From the IMG/VR virus record IMGVR_UViG_3300034341_000032, positions 1 to 33,789 of that record: DNA of 33,789 nucleotides; one strand, written 5' to 3'. Position 1 is the first letter of the stretch. Each line of letters starts with the position of its first letter. This stretch comes from a virus. Its lineage: Duplodnaviria > Caudoviricetes. The notes beneath the pieces were generated by a model. It was not told the DNA's origin and ran no database searches. It worked only from the letters and a program-made list of their open reading frames with translations. Shown here in pieces: positions 9,969-17,337 of the stretch. A program made the position numbers and the translations under genes.

Positions 9969-10463
9969 ATGGTAGTTGCTGAAGTTCTTACTGGCATCAG
10001 TCTTGTTAAAGCCTCAGTTGATTTTATTAAATCTAATATCTCAACATGCAAAGACATAGGGCAGATAGCTAGCCAGATAGATGATTTGTTCACTGGTGAA
10101 AAACAGGTACAGCAAGCTAGAGCCAAGAAATCTGGCAGTAGTTTAGGCGATCAGTTTGGTGTTGATACTGTAGCTAAAGAAATGATTGACGCTAGGCTGG
10201 CTGCTGAACAGCTACAAGAAGTAGCGACTATGGTTGATATGCGCTTTGGTCATGGCACTTGGGCTGGCATTATAGCTGAGAGAGCCAAGCGTATCCAAGA
10301 GGCTAAAGAAGCAGAGGCTGTAGCCAGACGAAAGAAGATACAAAAGGATAGAGAGTTTGAGGAGATGATGAAGCAAGCTGTCCTTGTTGGAGCTATCATT
10401 CTTATAGCGGTAGGCTTGTTTGTTTTCCTGATGGTCAGTGTAGCAAAGGCGTTTGTAATATGA
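9969..10463 (+). CDS. Hypothetical membrane-anchored protein
   Basis: 164 aa, helical, with a C-terminal hydrophobic segment; precedes the lysis cluster. Confidence 0.7.
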   Translation: MVVAEVLTGISLVKASVDFIKSNISTCKDIGQIASQIDDLFTGEKQVQQARAKKSGSSLGDQFGVDTVAKEMIDARLAAEQLQEVATMVDMRFGHGTWAGIIAERAKRIQEAKEAEAVARRKKIQKDREFEEMMKQAVLVGAIILIAVGLFVFLMVSVAKAFVI

Positions 10464-10672
10464 TCAGTGTTGAGCAGTTTCTTAAATGGAAAGTTTTGCC
10501 AAGATGTATGATGCTTGCATCTACAGTTATGTCTTGGCGGTGTGCTGAATGGTTCATGGAATTGGATGCACCTACTGCCAGTCAGTCAGCGTTTGTATCT
10601 GTAGTTATGGGCGTAATGACAGGTGTGTTTGGCATTTGGATGGGGCATGAGCATAAAGGTGAAACCAAATGA
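10460..10672 (+). CDS. Small two-TM membrane protein (holin-like candidate)
   Basis: 70 aa, two hydrophobic segments, ATGA overlaps on both sides. Confidence 0.55.
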   Translation: MISVEQFLKWKVLPRCMMLASTVMSWRCAEWFMELDAPTASQSAFVSVVMGVMTGVFGIWMGHEHKGETK

Positions 10673-10959
10673 AGAACGCAGCTACAAGACTGAACGAGGC
10701 TAGTGAGGTTACAATCCCACTACGCAATCTTATCAGCATGATTGCTTTTACTGGTGTGTCTGTCTGGGTTTACTTTGGATTGGTGGAACGCATTGCTTTT
10801 CTTGAACATAACCTTGAGTTGACTATGCAAGAAGTAGAAGAAAACGATAACTGGATTGATGAGTTTGAGCCGCCAAAGTCTGTGCAAGATACGGTTGCAA
10901 GGGTTCACGATTTAGAGATTGAAATAGCTAGAATAAAACTAATGTTAGAGGCTAAGTAA
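10669..10959 (+). CDS. Single-TM coiled-coil protein in lysis cluster
   Basis: TM segment LISMIAFTGVSVWVYFGLV followed by a heptad-like acidic tail; translationally coupled. Confidence 0.6.
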   Translation: MKNAATRLNEASEVTIPLRNLISMIAFTGVSVWVYFGLVERIAFLEHNLELTMQEVEENDNWIDEFEPPKSVQDTVARVHDLEIEIARIKLMLEAK

Positions 10960-11324
10960 TGATACAAGCATTGATTGGGCCGATTGCATCATTAGCTGGC
11001 AGCTGGATGGAATCAAAAGTTGAGCAGACTAAAGCTAAAGGTAGGGTTGCTTTGGCAAAGGCTGATGCTGAAGCTGAGTTGATGAAGCATGAAGCTGGTT
11101 GGGAAAAAATTATGGCTAAGTCCAGCGACAATAGCTGGAAAGACGAAGCATGGACTATTTTGTTTATAGCTATAATTGCTATGTGCTTCATTCCCTTTAC
11201 TCAGCCCTATGTTGAGCGTGGCTTTACAGCTTTAGATGCTACACCTGATTGGTTTCAGTACGCAGTTTATGCTTCAATAGCCGCAAGCTTTGGATTGCGC
11301 AGCTTAAAGGGTATAAAGAAATGA
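10959..11324 (+). CDS. Putative holin (3TM, GTA-holin-like)
   Basis: SWKDEAWTILF...PDWFQY...IAASFGLR with basic C-terminus; immediately upstream of the endolysin. Confidence 0.65.
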   Translation: MIQALIGPIASLAGSWMESKVEQTKAKGRVALAKADAEAELMKHEAGWEKIMAKSSDNSWKDEAWTILFIAIIAMCFIPFTQPYVERGFTALDATPDWFQYAVYASIAASFGLRSLKGIKK

Positions 11325-11770
11325 AACTATCAGAGCATTTTAGTCTTGAGGAAATGACCAAAAGCCAGACAGCTTTGCGGCGTAACCTTCCTAATACGCC
11401 CTCAGAAGCTCAGACAGAGGCGTTAGTTCTTTTGTGTGAGAATGTACTAGAGCCAGTGCGAAGCCACTTCAGCATACCTTTTACGCCCAGCAGTGGCTAT
11501 CGCAGTGCCGAGCTTTGTGTTGCGATAGGTAGTTCTGTGTCTAGTCAGCATGCAAAAGGTGAAGCTGCTGACTTTGAGGTGCCATCTATATCTAATCTTG
11601 AGTTGTGTACTTGGATTATTAACAACCTAGATTTCGATCAGATTATTCTTGAGTGTTATACTGGTGGTAATACAGGATGGGTACACTGTAGCTACAAGGC
11701 AGAAGGTAATCGTAAAGAAGTTCTCACATACGATAAAGAGAATGGTTATCGTAAAGGCTTGCTAACTTAA
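11321..11770 (+). CDS. Endolysin, peptidase M15A family
   Basis: MKLSEHFSLEEM..SGYRS..SQHAKGEAAD..WVHCS gives HxxxxxxD plus H zinc ligands. Start set at ATG 11321 (ATGA overlap). Confidence 0.9.
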   Translation: MKLSEHFSLEEMTKSQTALRRNLPNTPSEAQTEALVLLCENVLEPVRSHFSIPFTPSSGYRSAELCVAIGSSVSSQHAKGEAADFEVPSISNLELCTWIINNLDFDQIILECYTGGNTGWVHCSYKAEGNRKEVLTYDKENGYRKGLLT

Positions 11771-11807
11771 AATGGGCCAGCCGTAATTTGGGAAACGACT
11801 GACCCAC
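11769..11807 (-). terminator. Hairpin/terminator ending the early operon
   Basis: 13-bp stem 11772-11784/11795-11807 has three C.A mismatches on + that are G.U pairs on -; followed by a short U run on -. Confidence 0.65.
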
Positions 11808-11835
11808 TAGCAGGTGGAGAACTAATCAACCTGCT
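11769..11835 (-). ncRNA. Candidate 3'-UTR sRNA with anti-RBS loop
   Basis: AGCAGGU[UGAUUAGUUCUCC]ACCUGCU; the loop is the exact complement of GGAGAACUAA found at early-gene RBSs. Confidence 0.5.
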
Positions 11836-12303
11836 TTAAAATGGTACATCTTCATTTGGCTCTGCGCTAGTTTTTTCTGTTTCTAATTTCATTAAGTCAC
11901 TAGCTGATATAGATTTTAAACCACTGGTTTCGTCTTTGATGTTGTCGCCAAACTCAGGTATCTCATCGTCTATTGGTTTAGGCTTGTATTCTGATACCTG
12001 CAAAGACATGTAAGCATTGTCATCTTTCATCTCTTTCCAAGATGCAATCTTCCAGTCTTGATGCAGCCCATCAAGTGGGCCACTGTAGTCGGGTGCTTTC
12101 TCATTGCCCCTCTTGTCGTTAGGAAATAAGCATCCTATCTTTTGGAATACTTCGATGCGCTTCTTGCCATCTCTGGACTCAGCCATGATGAGTGCTACTT
12201 GTCCGTCTTCTCCCATAACATTAAGCTTGCCTTGTAGTATAAGCTGTTGCTCGGGAAAAGGTTTGAAGGCTGCGCCTCTGTTGGTGTTGTCATATTCAGT
12301 CAT
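11836..12303 (-). CDS. Putative single-stranded DNA-binding protein (DUF736-like)
   Basis: KAPDYSG motif, acidic tail ending EDVPF, downstream of exonuclease and ERF; AAGGAGAAC RBS. Confidence 0.6.
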   Translation of the reverse strand: MTEYDNTNRGAAFKPFPEQQLILQGKLNVMGEDGQVALIMAESRDGKKRIEVFQKIGCLFPNDKRGNEKAPDYSGPLDGLHQDWKIASWKEMKDDNAYMSLQVSEYKPKPIDDEIPEFGDNIKDETSGLKSISASDLMKLETEKTSAEPNEDVPF

Positions 12304-12424
12304 TGCTGTTCTCCTTTTTTGTACGCTCTTGTAAGAGCCATAATATTTTTTCTACCTTATGCTCAAGGTTAGTGAGTCTGATTTTTATTTCTTCTAAATG
12401 TAAAACAAACTTTGAAGAAAACAT
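12296..12424 (-). CDS. Small hypothetical protein (42 aa; not in ORF track)
   Basis: MFSSKFVLHLEEIKIRLTNLEHKVEKILWLLQERTKKENSND; TAATG-coupled to the upstream gene and fills the gap exactly. Confidence 0.6.
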   Translation of the reverse strand: MFSSKFVLHLEEIKIRLTNLEHKVEKILWLLQERTKKENSND

Positions 12425-12633
12425 TAGTCAGCCCTCCATATCCTATGATGGTTAAGGTTCTCTCTTCTTGTAGCAATTTTTATATCCCATGCTTTTGCAG
12501 CCTGTCTTATAGCTGCAACAAAGCCAGTACCAATAACGATGCTGTCTCCTTTCTTCATACGTTTTAAGATACTGTACTTTGATCCATATCCATTTGGCAT
12601 GGGTACGCCTTTTTCAATTTGATATTGTTCCAT
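12424..12633 (-). CDS. Small basic putative DNA-binding protein
   Basis: MEQYQIEKGVPMP..KY..MKKGDSI..RIWR, a common small phage family; TAATG coupling with erf. Confidence 0.65.
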   Translation of the reverse strand: MEQYQIEKGVPMPNGYGSKYSILKRMKKGDSIVIGTGFVAAIRQAAKAWDIKIATRRENLNHHRIWRAD

Positions 12634-13088
12634 TACCACTTCTCCTCTGGTGGCAACCTACCATCGTCATCAAGCTTAACGCTCTTGACCTTTGTTACCT
12701 TAGGGTTGGGCATGCTAGCTGAGTTACCGTCATCATCTTCTGATGGTAGTCCGAATGCAGACTGTAAGCCATAGCGTTTAGCATATGTGATACCGCTGCC
12801 CATCTTCTGTGGATCAGTAGGGTCTTTGACTAGGACAGGTGTGCGTCCAGTTATATACTCGCCCGACTCATGCATAACAATTGTAGTTACAAAGATGTGA
12901 TGCTCATTAAAGTCAACAGGCTGTGTAAATGTAAGGCCACACTTGCCAGCCTCCACTCTGACAGTCTCAATAACTTCTTCAAGACTAGCATAGTTTGATT
13001 TGAAGAATGGATTTTTTGCAGTCTTCTTAGCTGCTGCTCCAGTGTTGTGAAACTGGATAAGTGCTTTGGTTATGTTCTTTAGTTCCAT
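12633..13088 (-). CDS. erf: ERF-family ssDNA annealing recombinase
   Basis: KNPFFKSNYASLE...PQKMGSGITYAKRYGL..GLPSEDDDG signature. Confidence 0.92.
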   Translation of the reverse strand: MELKNITKALIQFHNTGAAAKKTAKNPFFKSNYASLEEVIETVRVEAGKCGLTFTQPVDFNEHHIFVTTIVMHESGEYITGRTPVLVKDPTDPQKMGSGITYAKRYGLQSAFGLPSEDDDGNSASMPNPKVTKVKSVKLDDDGRLPPEEKW

Positions 13089-13089
13089 T

Positions 13090-13911
13090 TTAGTTCTCCT
13101 TGACTGTGATGCGTAATGATCCGCGCTTGTCGCGTTTGATGGCTAGAAGATCACAGTATACTTCTCGCTCATCGTCACCAACCATAGCTTTGAGGTCAGA
13201 CTTGGCTGACTCAAATAGCTTTGCTGATTTCTCTTGTTCAATGTAGTCATGGCATCGGCTGATAAATTCGTTGTCGGCTGATGCATCTCGTTTGACTAGG
13301 CCATCGACCTTGATCTTATCTATAGATACAGGTGGCACTTCGTTGTCACCGAAAGGGCGGGTGTCCTCAGTGACATGCCTCCAGAACTCGGTGATGTGTA
13401 CCTTCATCTTGTTGATGTAGTCCCAATCTTTCTGTACATATACAGCAGCCCACTTGCGGTTGCCAAAGATTACAGATAGATAGCAGCCCTTGGCTTGATG
13501 TAGCCACATGTAGAACTGCATCTGTGGCATGTACATACTCAAACAATTTTCCATATTGTTTGTTTCGTATGTATGCTTGCACTCAATGATCTCGTCAGTA
13601 AATTTTCTGTCCATCATAATGTGACCATCGACTTGACCCTTGAGAGGCACACCTTCCCAGTTCATCTCTGCTGTAAGACCATTACCTTCGCCTTTGTGCA
13701 TGACATGCTGTACTGTTTCAGTGTCAGTGAACATCTGTTTATCAAACCAACGCTTGTTAAAGTGTTCAGTCTCTGAGCCTAGTTGTACTGCTAAATTATC
13801 TGAAAGATCATCAGGCTGTTTCTTGCCTGTCTTCTCTTCCCACAAGGCAACCCAATCGCCTCGCATAATGCGGTTCATATCTGAGCCGCCTAAAAATCCT
13901 AGTCTGTTCAT
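13090..13911 (-). CDS. YqaJ-like (lambda exonuclease family) recombination nuclease
   Basis: RLGFLGGSD..LWEEKTG..G..E..VDG..IIECK..Y.PQMQFYM motifs; adjacent to erf. Confidence 0.9.
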   Translation of the reverse strand: MNRLGFLGGSDMNRIMRGDWVALWEEKTGKKQPDDLSDNLAVQLGSETEHFNKRWFDKQMFTDTETVQHVMHKGEGNGLTAEMNWEGVPLKGQVDGHIMMDRKFTDEIIECKHTYETNNMENCLSMYMPQMQFYMWLHQAKGCYLSVIFGNRKWAAVYVQKDWDYINKMKVHITEFWRHVTEDTRPFGDNEVPPVSIDKIKVDGLVKRDASADNEFISRCHDYIEQEKSAKLFESAKSDLKAMVGDDEREVYCDLLAIKRDKRGSLRITVKEN

Positions 13912-13931
13912 AGTAGTTCTCCTTTTGATTT

Positions 13932-13960
13932 ATTATACTGCAACTATGCAGTTAGATCAA
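13932..13960 (-). promoter_or_regulatory. Sigma70 promoter with operator dyad in spacer
   Basis: TTGATC-17bp-TATAAT on -; ACTGCA-N4-TGCAGT dyad at 13937-13952. Confidence 0.8.
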
Positions 13961-14570
13961 GCTTCTTTTGTTGTAGTGATGAGAGCATTAACTCTCTACG
14001 TCTGAGTCTCCACTTGATATGCTTGTGAAACTCTGAGTATGCAGGCCAGAAAGTGGTAGTCTCGGATACCTGCTTGATTGCATACTTAACTATGTCTGCT
14101 GGATACACTGACAGTTCATTAGCTATAGCTTGTATTCGCATTGCATGATCGTCTGATGACTCACCTGCTGGCTTCACCACCAGCGCAGCCAGCAGCGTGA
14201 GGTCATCGACTAACATTTCTTTAGGCATGGGAACCATAGCTTGCATAACTGTAGCTATACATTTGTTTACATCATCGACCGATGTTGATTCTATTCTGTA
14301 GCCACTGACAATAATATCTACGCCATCATCCTTGAAGCTACTGCGACTAATCTCTACTACCTTGCAGCCTGTTGTGCATTCTAGCGAAGTGAGAAGCAGA
14401 CTGTCGACTCTGGCTGGATTGTTTACCTGTAGCATTCGATCCAGACCTGCCTGTATTTGATCGCCACTCAATATGATTTGAACACCAGTATCTGTAGGCT
14501 CTGTCGAAGGACGCAAATTTTTTGCCTGTTGCTTGATGGTAGTTAACGAACTTATCTGCTTGAGCGACAT
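13944..14570 (-). CDS. Replication accessory protein (lambda P / G39P-like position and motif); start uncertain
   Basis: Follows the initiator; LSVYPADIVKYAIKQV..FWPAYSEF resembles the FxPxxxE motif of phage helicase loader or inhibitor proteins. Confidence 0.5.
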   Translation of the reverse strand: MSLKQISSLTTIKQQAKNLRPSTEPTDTGVQIILSGDQIQAGLDRMLQVNNPARVDSLLLTSLECTTGCKVVEISRSSFKDDGVDIIVSGYRIESTSVDDVNKCIATVMQAMVPMPKEMLVDDLTLLAALVVKPAGESSDDHAMRIQAIANELSVYPADIVKYAIKQVSETTTFWPAYSEFHKHIKWRLRRRELMLSSLQQKKLDLTA

Positions 14571-15009
14571 GATCTATAGCCTCCTTGTGTTTAGCATCTA
14601 TGGATTTGCAAAGGTCATCGCTTGGAACCCATCCATCCGGAACCTGACCCTTTGTATTCTTTGTTTCCTTATTGGTTATTGATAGGTTAGTGTTGCTGTC
14701 TGCAACAGAGGTGTTGCTGTCTGCAATAGGGGTGTTGCAGTGTGCAATATCTTTTGGGAATATTATGTAGCGTGTTGACTTGCCTGTGTGTCCACGATCT
14801 CTAGTTAGATAGCCGTGATCTTCCAGCCAGTGCAGCTTGCGCGTTACTGTAGCTACAGACATAGCAGTACGTTGTGATAGTCGGCTGAGACTAGGCCAGC
14901 ATAGGTGCTTGTCTTCATCTGCATGATCTGCAAGCACAACCATTAGCCATTTTGCATAGCAGTCAGGTATCTCTGACTTGATTGCCCTCGCCATTAGTAG
15001 GAATGCCAT
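14347..15009 (-). CDS. Lambda O-like replication initiator (N-terminal wHTH, HTH_36-like)
   Basis: AKWLMVVLADHAD...CWPSLSRLS..MSVATVTRKLHWLE..GYL; central iterons; F.NYH..G....FDRAYRYW C-terminal motif; AAGGAGAACTA RBS. Confidence 0.85.
   Translation of the reverse strand: MAFLLMARAIKSEIPDCYAKWLMVVLADHADEDKHLCWPSLSRLSQRTAMSVATVTRKLHWLEDHGYLTRDRGHTGKSTRYIIFPKDIAHCNTPIADSNTSVADSNTNLSITNKETKNTKGQVPDGWVPSDDLCKSIDAKHKEAIDHVAQADKFVNYHQATGKKFASFDRAYRYWCSNHIEWRSNTGRSGSNATGKQSSQSRQSASHFARMHNRLQGSRD
14690..14752. repeat. Three 21-bp iterons; putative replication origin
   Basis: GTGTTGCTGTCTGCAACAGAG / GTGTTGCTGTCTGCAATAGGG / GTGTTGCAGTGTGCAATATCT, each with a TTGC-N5-GCAA dyad, next to a T-rich tract at 14651-14685. 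Confidence 0.8.
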
Positions 15010-15334
15010 CGTAGTTCTCCTTCAATAATGGTGCTATCTTTTCTTCAAAGACATCACCATCAAAGATGATTAGTGTTTTGGGTTTACCTTCCCTGCGCTT
15101 GTAGAACAGCACATCTCTAACTACAGTAAAGGGATTGGGAAAGTTTGATTTGTCTCGGTACTTTACTTCAACCACCAAGGCGTTTTGTCCGACTTGCCAG
15201 ATGATGTCTCCGCTATACTCGCCTCCCAACGCTCCGCTGAGAGGTTGCCTCTTCGCTTTGAACCCGAGCTTTTGTAACCACTTGACGAATGTTCGCTCAT
15301 GGTAGTCTCCTTTTGCGCGACTCTTGCTTGCCAT
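14963..15334 (-). CDS. Hjc-like PD-(D/E)XK Holliday junction resolvase
   Basis: SRAKG..HER....L...G..A.R.PLSGA....GDI....VEVK signature. Confidence 0.85.
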   Translation of the reverse strand: MASKSRAKGDYHERTFVKWLQKLGFKAKRQPLSGALGGEYSGDIIWQVGQNALVVEVKYRDKSNFPNPFTVVRDVLFYKRREGKPKTLIIFDGDVFEEKIAPLLKENYDGIPTNGEGNQVRDT

Positions 15335-15507
15335 GTGTCTGCCTCATAACAATCAATACAGATTGTGTGATAGGTTGGTGGTTTTTCTGTAGCTAATATG
15401 CATACAAACCAAGGGGTCTTATCATTGCAAGCATCGCATGGGTATGCTTCACCTACTTTATCGTAGAGTCTTTTTTTTATGGACTTTGATCGTAAGGCCA
15501 AGTGCAT
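15163..15507 (-). CDS. Small zinc-finger protein (CxxC...CxxC)
   Basis: CDAC...CIDC; fills the gap between HTH and resolvase genes, and its 3' half overlaps the resolvase. Confidence 0.55.
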   Translation of the reverse strand: MHLALRSKSIKKRLYDKVGEAYPCDACNDKTPWFVCILATEKPPTYHTICIDCYEADTWQARVAQKETTMSEHSSSGYKSSGSKRRGNLSAERWEASIAETSSGKSDKTPWWLK

Positions 15508-15721
15508 CTAACCAACATGCAAACAAGAATCCAGATGGTACTCGTTTGTGTTGCTCCCATTTGTGTATTAAAGATTCAGCGCATCCAATTTTGTAAGCTA
15601 AATTTTTCTGAGTCAACTTTTGTTTTGTTCGATGAACAACAAGTTGACCGATAACATACTGATATGTATCAGTAACTTCAGTCTCTACTTTGTAGTGCTG
15701 AAAGTTTTTCAATAGCTTCAC
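15458..15721 (-). CDS. XRE-family HTH protein
   Basis: R.KQKLTQKNLAYKIGCAESLIHKWEQHKRVPS.....W.DALG is an HTH_3 pattern. Confidence 0.85.
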   Translation of the reverse strand: MKLLKNFQHYKVETEVTDTYQYVIGQLVVHRTKQKLTQKNLAYKIGCAESLIHKWEQHKRVPSGFLFACWLDALGLTIKVHKKKTLR

Positions 15722-15872
15722 TAACTTTATTGGCTGTATCGTAGCGTAAATCTTTGCCTAATCTTGCACGATAAAAGGTAGAGTCAGGCACTCCGGCACA
15801 AGCAAAAGCATCCTTGAGTTTGATATGTAAGTGCGCTGACTTGTCTACTAATTGTTCCATGTATGTAATCAT
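15678..15872 (-). CDS. Small Cro-like HTH regulator
   Basis: 64 aa; LKDAFACAGVPDSTFYRARLG..L..DTANKV HTH-like; directly behind an operator-containing promoter. Confidence 0.65.
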   Translation of the reverse strand: MITYMEQLVDKSAHLHIKLKDAFACAGVPDSTFYRARLGKDLRYDTANKVSEAIEKLSALQSRD

Positions 15873-15878
15873 GCAGCC

Positions 15879-15908
15879 AATATGCTTGCAAGATTGCAGT
15901 TATGTCAA
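15879..15908 (-). promoter_or_regulatory. Sigma70 promoter with operator; probably leaderless transcript
   Basis: TTGACA-18bp-CATATT on -, TGCA-N4-TGCA at 15887-15898; ATG 6 nt after the -10, no SD. Confidence 0.7.
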
Positions 15909-15911
15909 TGG

Positions 15912-16160
15912 TCAAAATTCTGTAGACCCTTTCTCGTATTCACCAAGGCTTGACCAGCCACCAACTACATGTGTTTCTCTGGGATAGTAGTGACCAGTGT
16001 CTTCTTCAACAACATCATCAGCGAATGCATTGTCAGGAAGCATTGCGTTATTTAATTGCCAACCTTTTTTATTACGCTCAAGTTCTATGTTGTATCCATA
16101 GTTGATGCTTGATAGCGGCTTGTCTTCTTCGCGTTGGTATCTACCGTTTCTAGGCATCAT
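15912..16160 (-). CDS. Hypothetical acidic protein
   Basis: 82 aa in operon context, overlapping the upstream stop, with a purine-rich RBS. Confidence 0.6.
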   Translation of the reverse strand: MMPRNGRYQREEDKPLSSINYGYNIELERNKKGWQLNNAMLPDNAFADDVVEEDTGHYYPRETHVVGGWSSLGEYEKGSTEF

Positions 16161-16509
16161 CTTCTTCCTTGTAAAAATCTTTGCCCCACATTATAAGCTG
16201 GCCTCTACCAGACTTACCTTTTCTTTTGCGATGATCAACAACTATCAACCCTTTTTCTTTTAATGATTTAAACCTAGCTGTAACTGTGCTGTATCTAAGG
16301 TGATCCAACCTATCTAATACGTCATCCATAATGCAGCCACTGTCAGTGAATGTGCAAATAGCATAGTAAACTTTTTTCTCCATGCGAGTGACATCAAGTG
16401 AATCAGCAGCATCATGGCTAGTGCTTGGGTCACGGCTGCGGGCTAGCTTAAATGCTGGCGTGTCAAACAAATCGTCAGCTATTTTTTGTCCTTGTTCTAT
16501 AACATTCAT
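16150..16509 (-). CDS. Winged-HTH DNA-binding protein
   Basis: ARSRDPSTSHDAA..STVTARF..L..KGLI..RKGKSGR.Q..W pattern; AAGGAGAACTAAC RBS. Confidence 0.7.
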   Translation of the reverse strand: MNVIEQGQKIADDLFDTPAFKLARSRDPSTSHDAADSLDVTRMEKKVYYAICTFTDSGCIMDDVLDRLDHLRYSTVTARFKSLKEKGLIVVDHRKRKGKSGRGQLIMWGKDFYKEEDDA

Positions 16510-16510
16510 G

Positions 16511-16861
16511 TTAGTTCTCCTTGTTAGAACATGTTGGATTATGAATCTTCATATCCCACCACATATTTTTTAATTTGCCTGTGTCTATGACAGGCGTTTT
16601 TGATTGGCATTCAGACTCGATAATAATTTTACCACTTGCTGTTTCAAAATCAGTCATCATATTCAATGCTGTTTCGATAGCATCGCCTTCATCTTCAGCG
16701 TACACAACTTTGTAAACTGTGTACTGCGTCATCCATTTGAGATCATCACCTTTGCAATGAGTGCAAGTATCTTGTTCAGAATACATATAATTGTTGCATT
16801 CTCTGCATTTAAGAAACTCTTCGACTGTGCGTCTGCCAGTTATATTAGTACGGAATATCAT
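16511..16861 (-). CDS. Hypothetical protein with CxxC-x10-CxxC
   Basis: CREC...CTHC; contiguous in the operon. Confidence 0.55.
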   Translation of the reverse strand: MIFRTNITGRRTVEEFLKCRECNNYMYSEQDTCTHCKGDDLKWMTQYTVYKVVYAEDEGDAIETALNMMTDFETASGKIIIESECQSKTPVIDTGKLKNMWWDMKIHNPTCSNKEN

Positions 16862-17051
16862 CGTTCAAATCCTGTGGTGGGTGGGCTGCTTCCCATGCTG
16901 CTGTCGCACGTTCAATAAACTTTTGCTTTTTGAAGCGTGGATTTGTAGCTGCAAGATCATCAGCCATAGTTAAGATTGCAGTAGGCCAAGGTAGCAGTGG
17001 TGCTACCTTGTCTGCGAGATACTCAAAGTGTCTTTGTTGCATCAGTGGCAT
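16845..17051 (-). CDS. Hypothetical small protein (NPRF motif)
   Basis: AAGGAG RBS, TAATG coupling; RHFEYLA...LAATNPRFKKQKF. Confidence 0.7.
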   Translation of the reverse strand: MPLMQQRHFEYLADKVAPLLPWPTAILTMADDLAATNPRFKKQKFIERATAAWEAAHPPQDLNDDIPY

Positions 17052-17263
17052 TACTTTATCTCCTTCAAAGGTGGACGATATGATTGATCTTCGTTTGCAT
17101 CACGATCAAGAACCTCAGTATATGTGTCATACACTTTGTCGATAGCCCACTTGCATTGGCTAATGGTGGTGGCAAACTCAGACTGTTCGTCATGGCAACG
17201 ATCGTGAAGCAAATCAATAATTTGTTTAGCTTCAGTGATCTGATTGATGAATGATATCTTCAT
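17051..17263 (-). CDS. Hypothetical protein (70 aa)
   Basis: Start reassigned to ATG 17263 behind AAGGAGAACTAAC. Confidence 0.7.
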   Translation of the reverse strand: MKISFINQITEAKQIIDLLHDRCHDEQSEFATTISQCKWAIDKVYDTYTEVLDRDANEDQSYRPPLKEIK

Positions 17264-17337
17264 GTTAGTTCTCCTTGTTAATGAATCAGTGAGCGACACC
17301 GCCCCTCGTATCGGGCGGGGGCGGTGACGCGAAACGA

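Noticed and set aside
14690-14752. Mini CRISPR array
   Set aside because: The repeats are contiguous with no spacers and are in frame within the initiator gene; iterons fit better.
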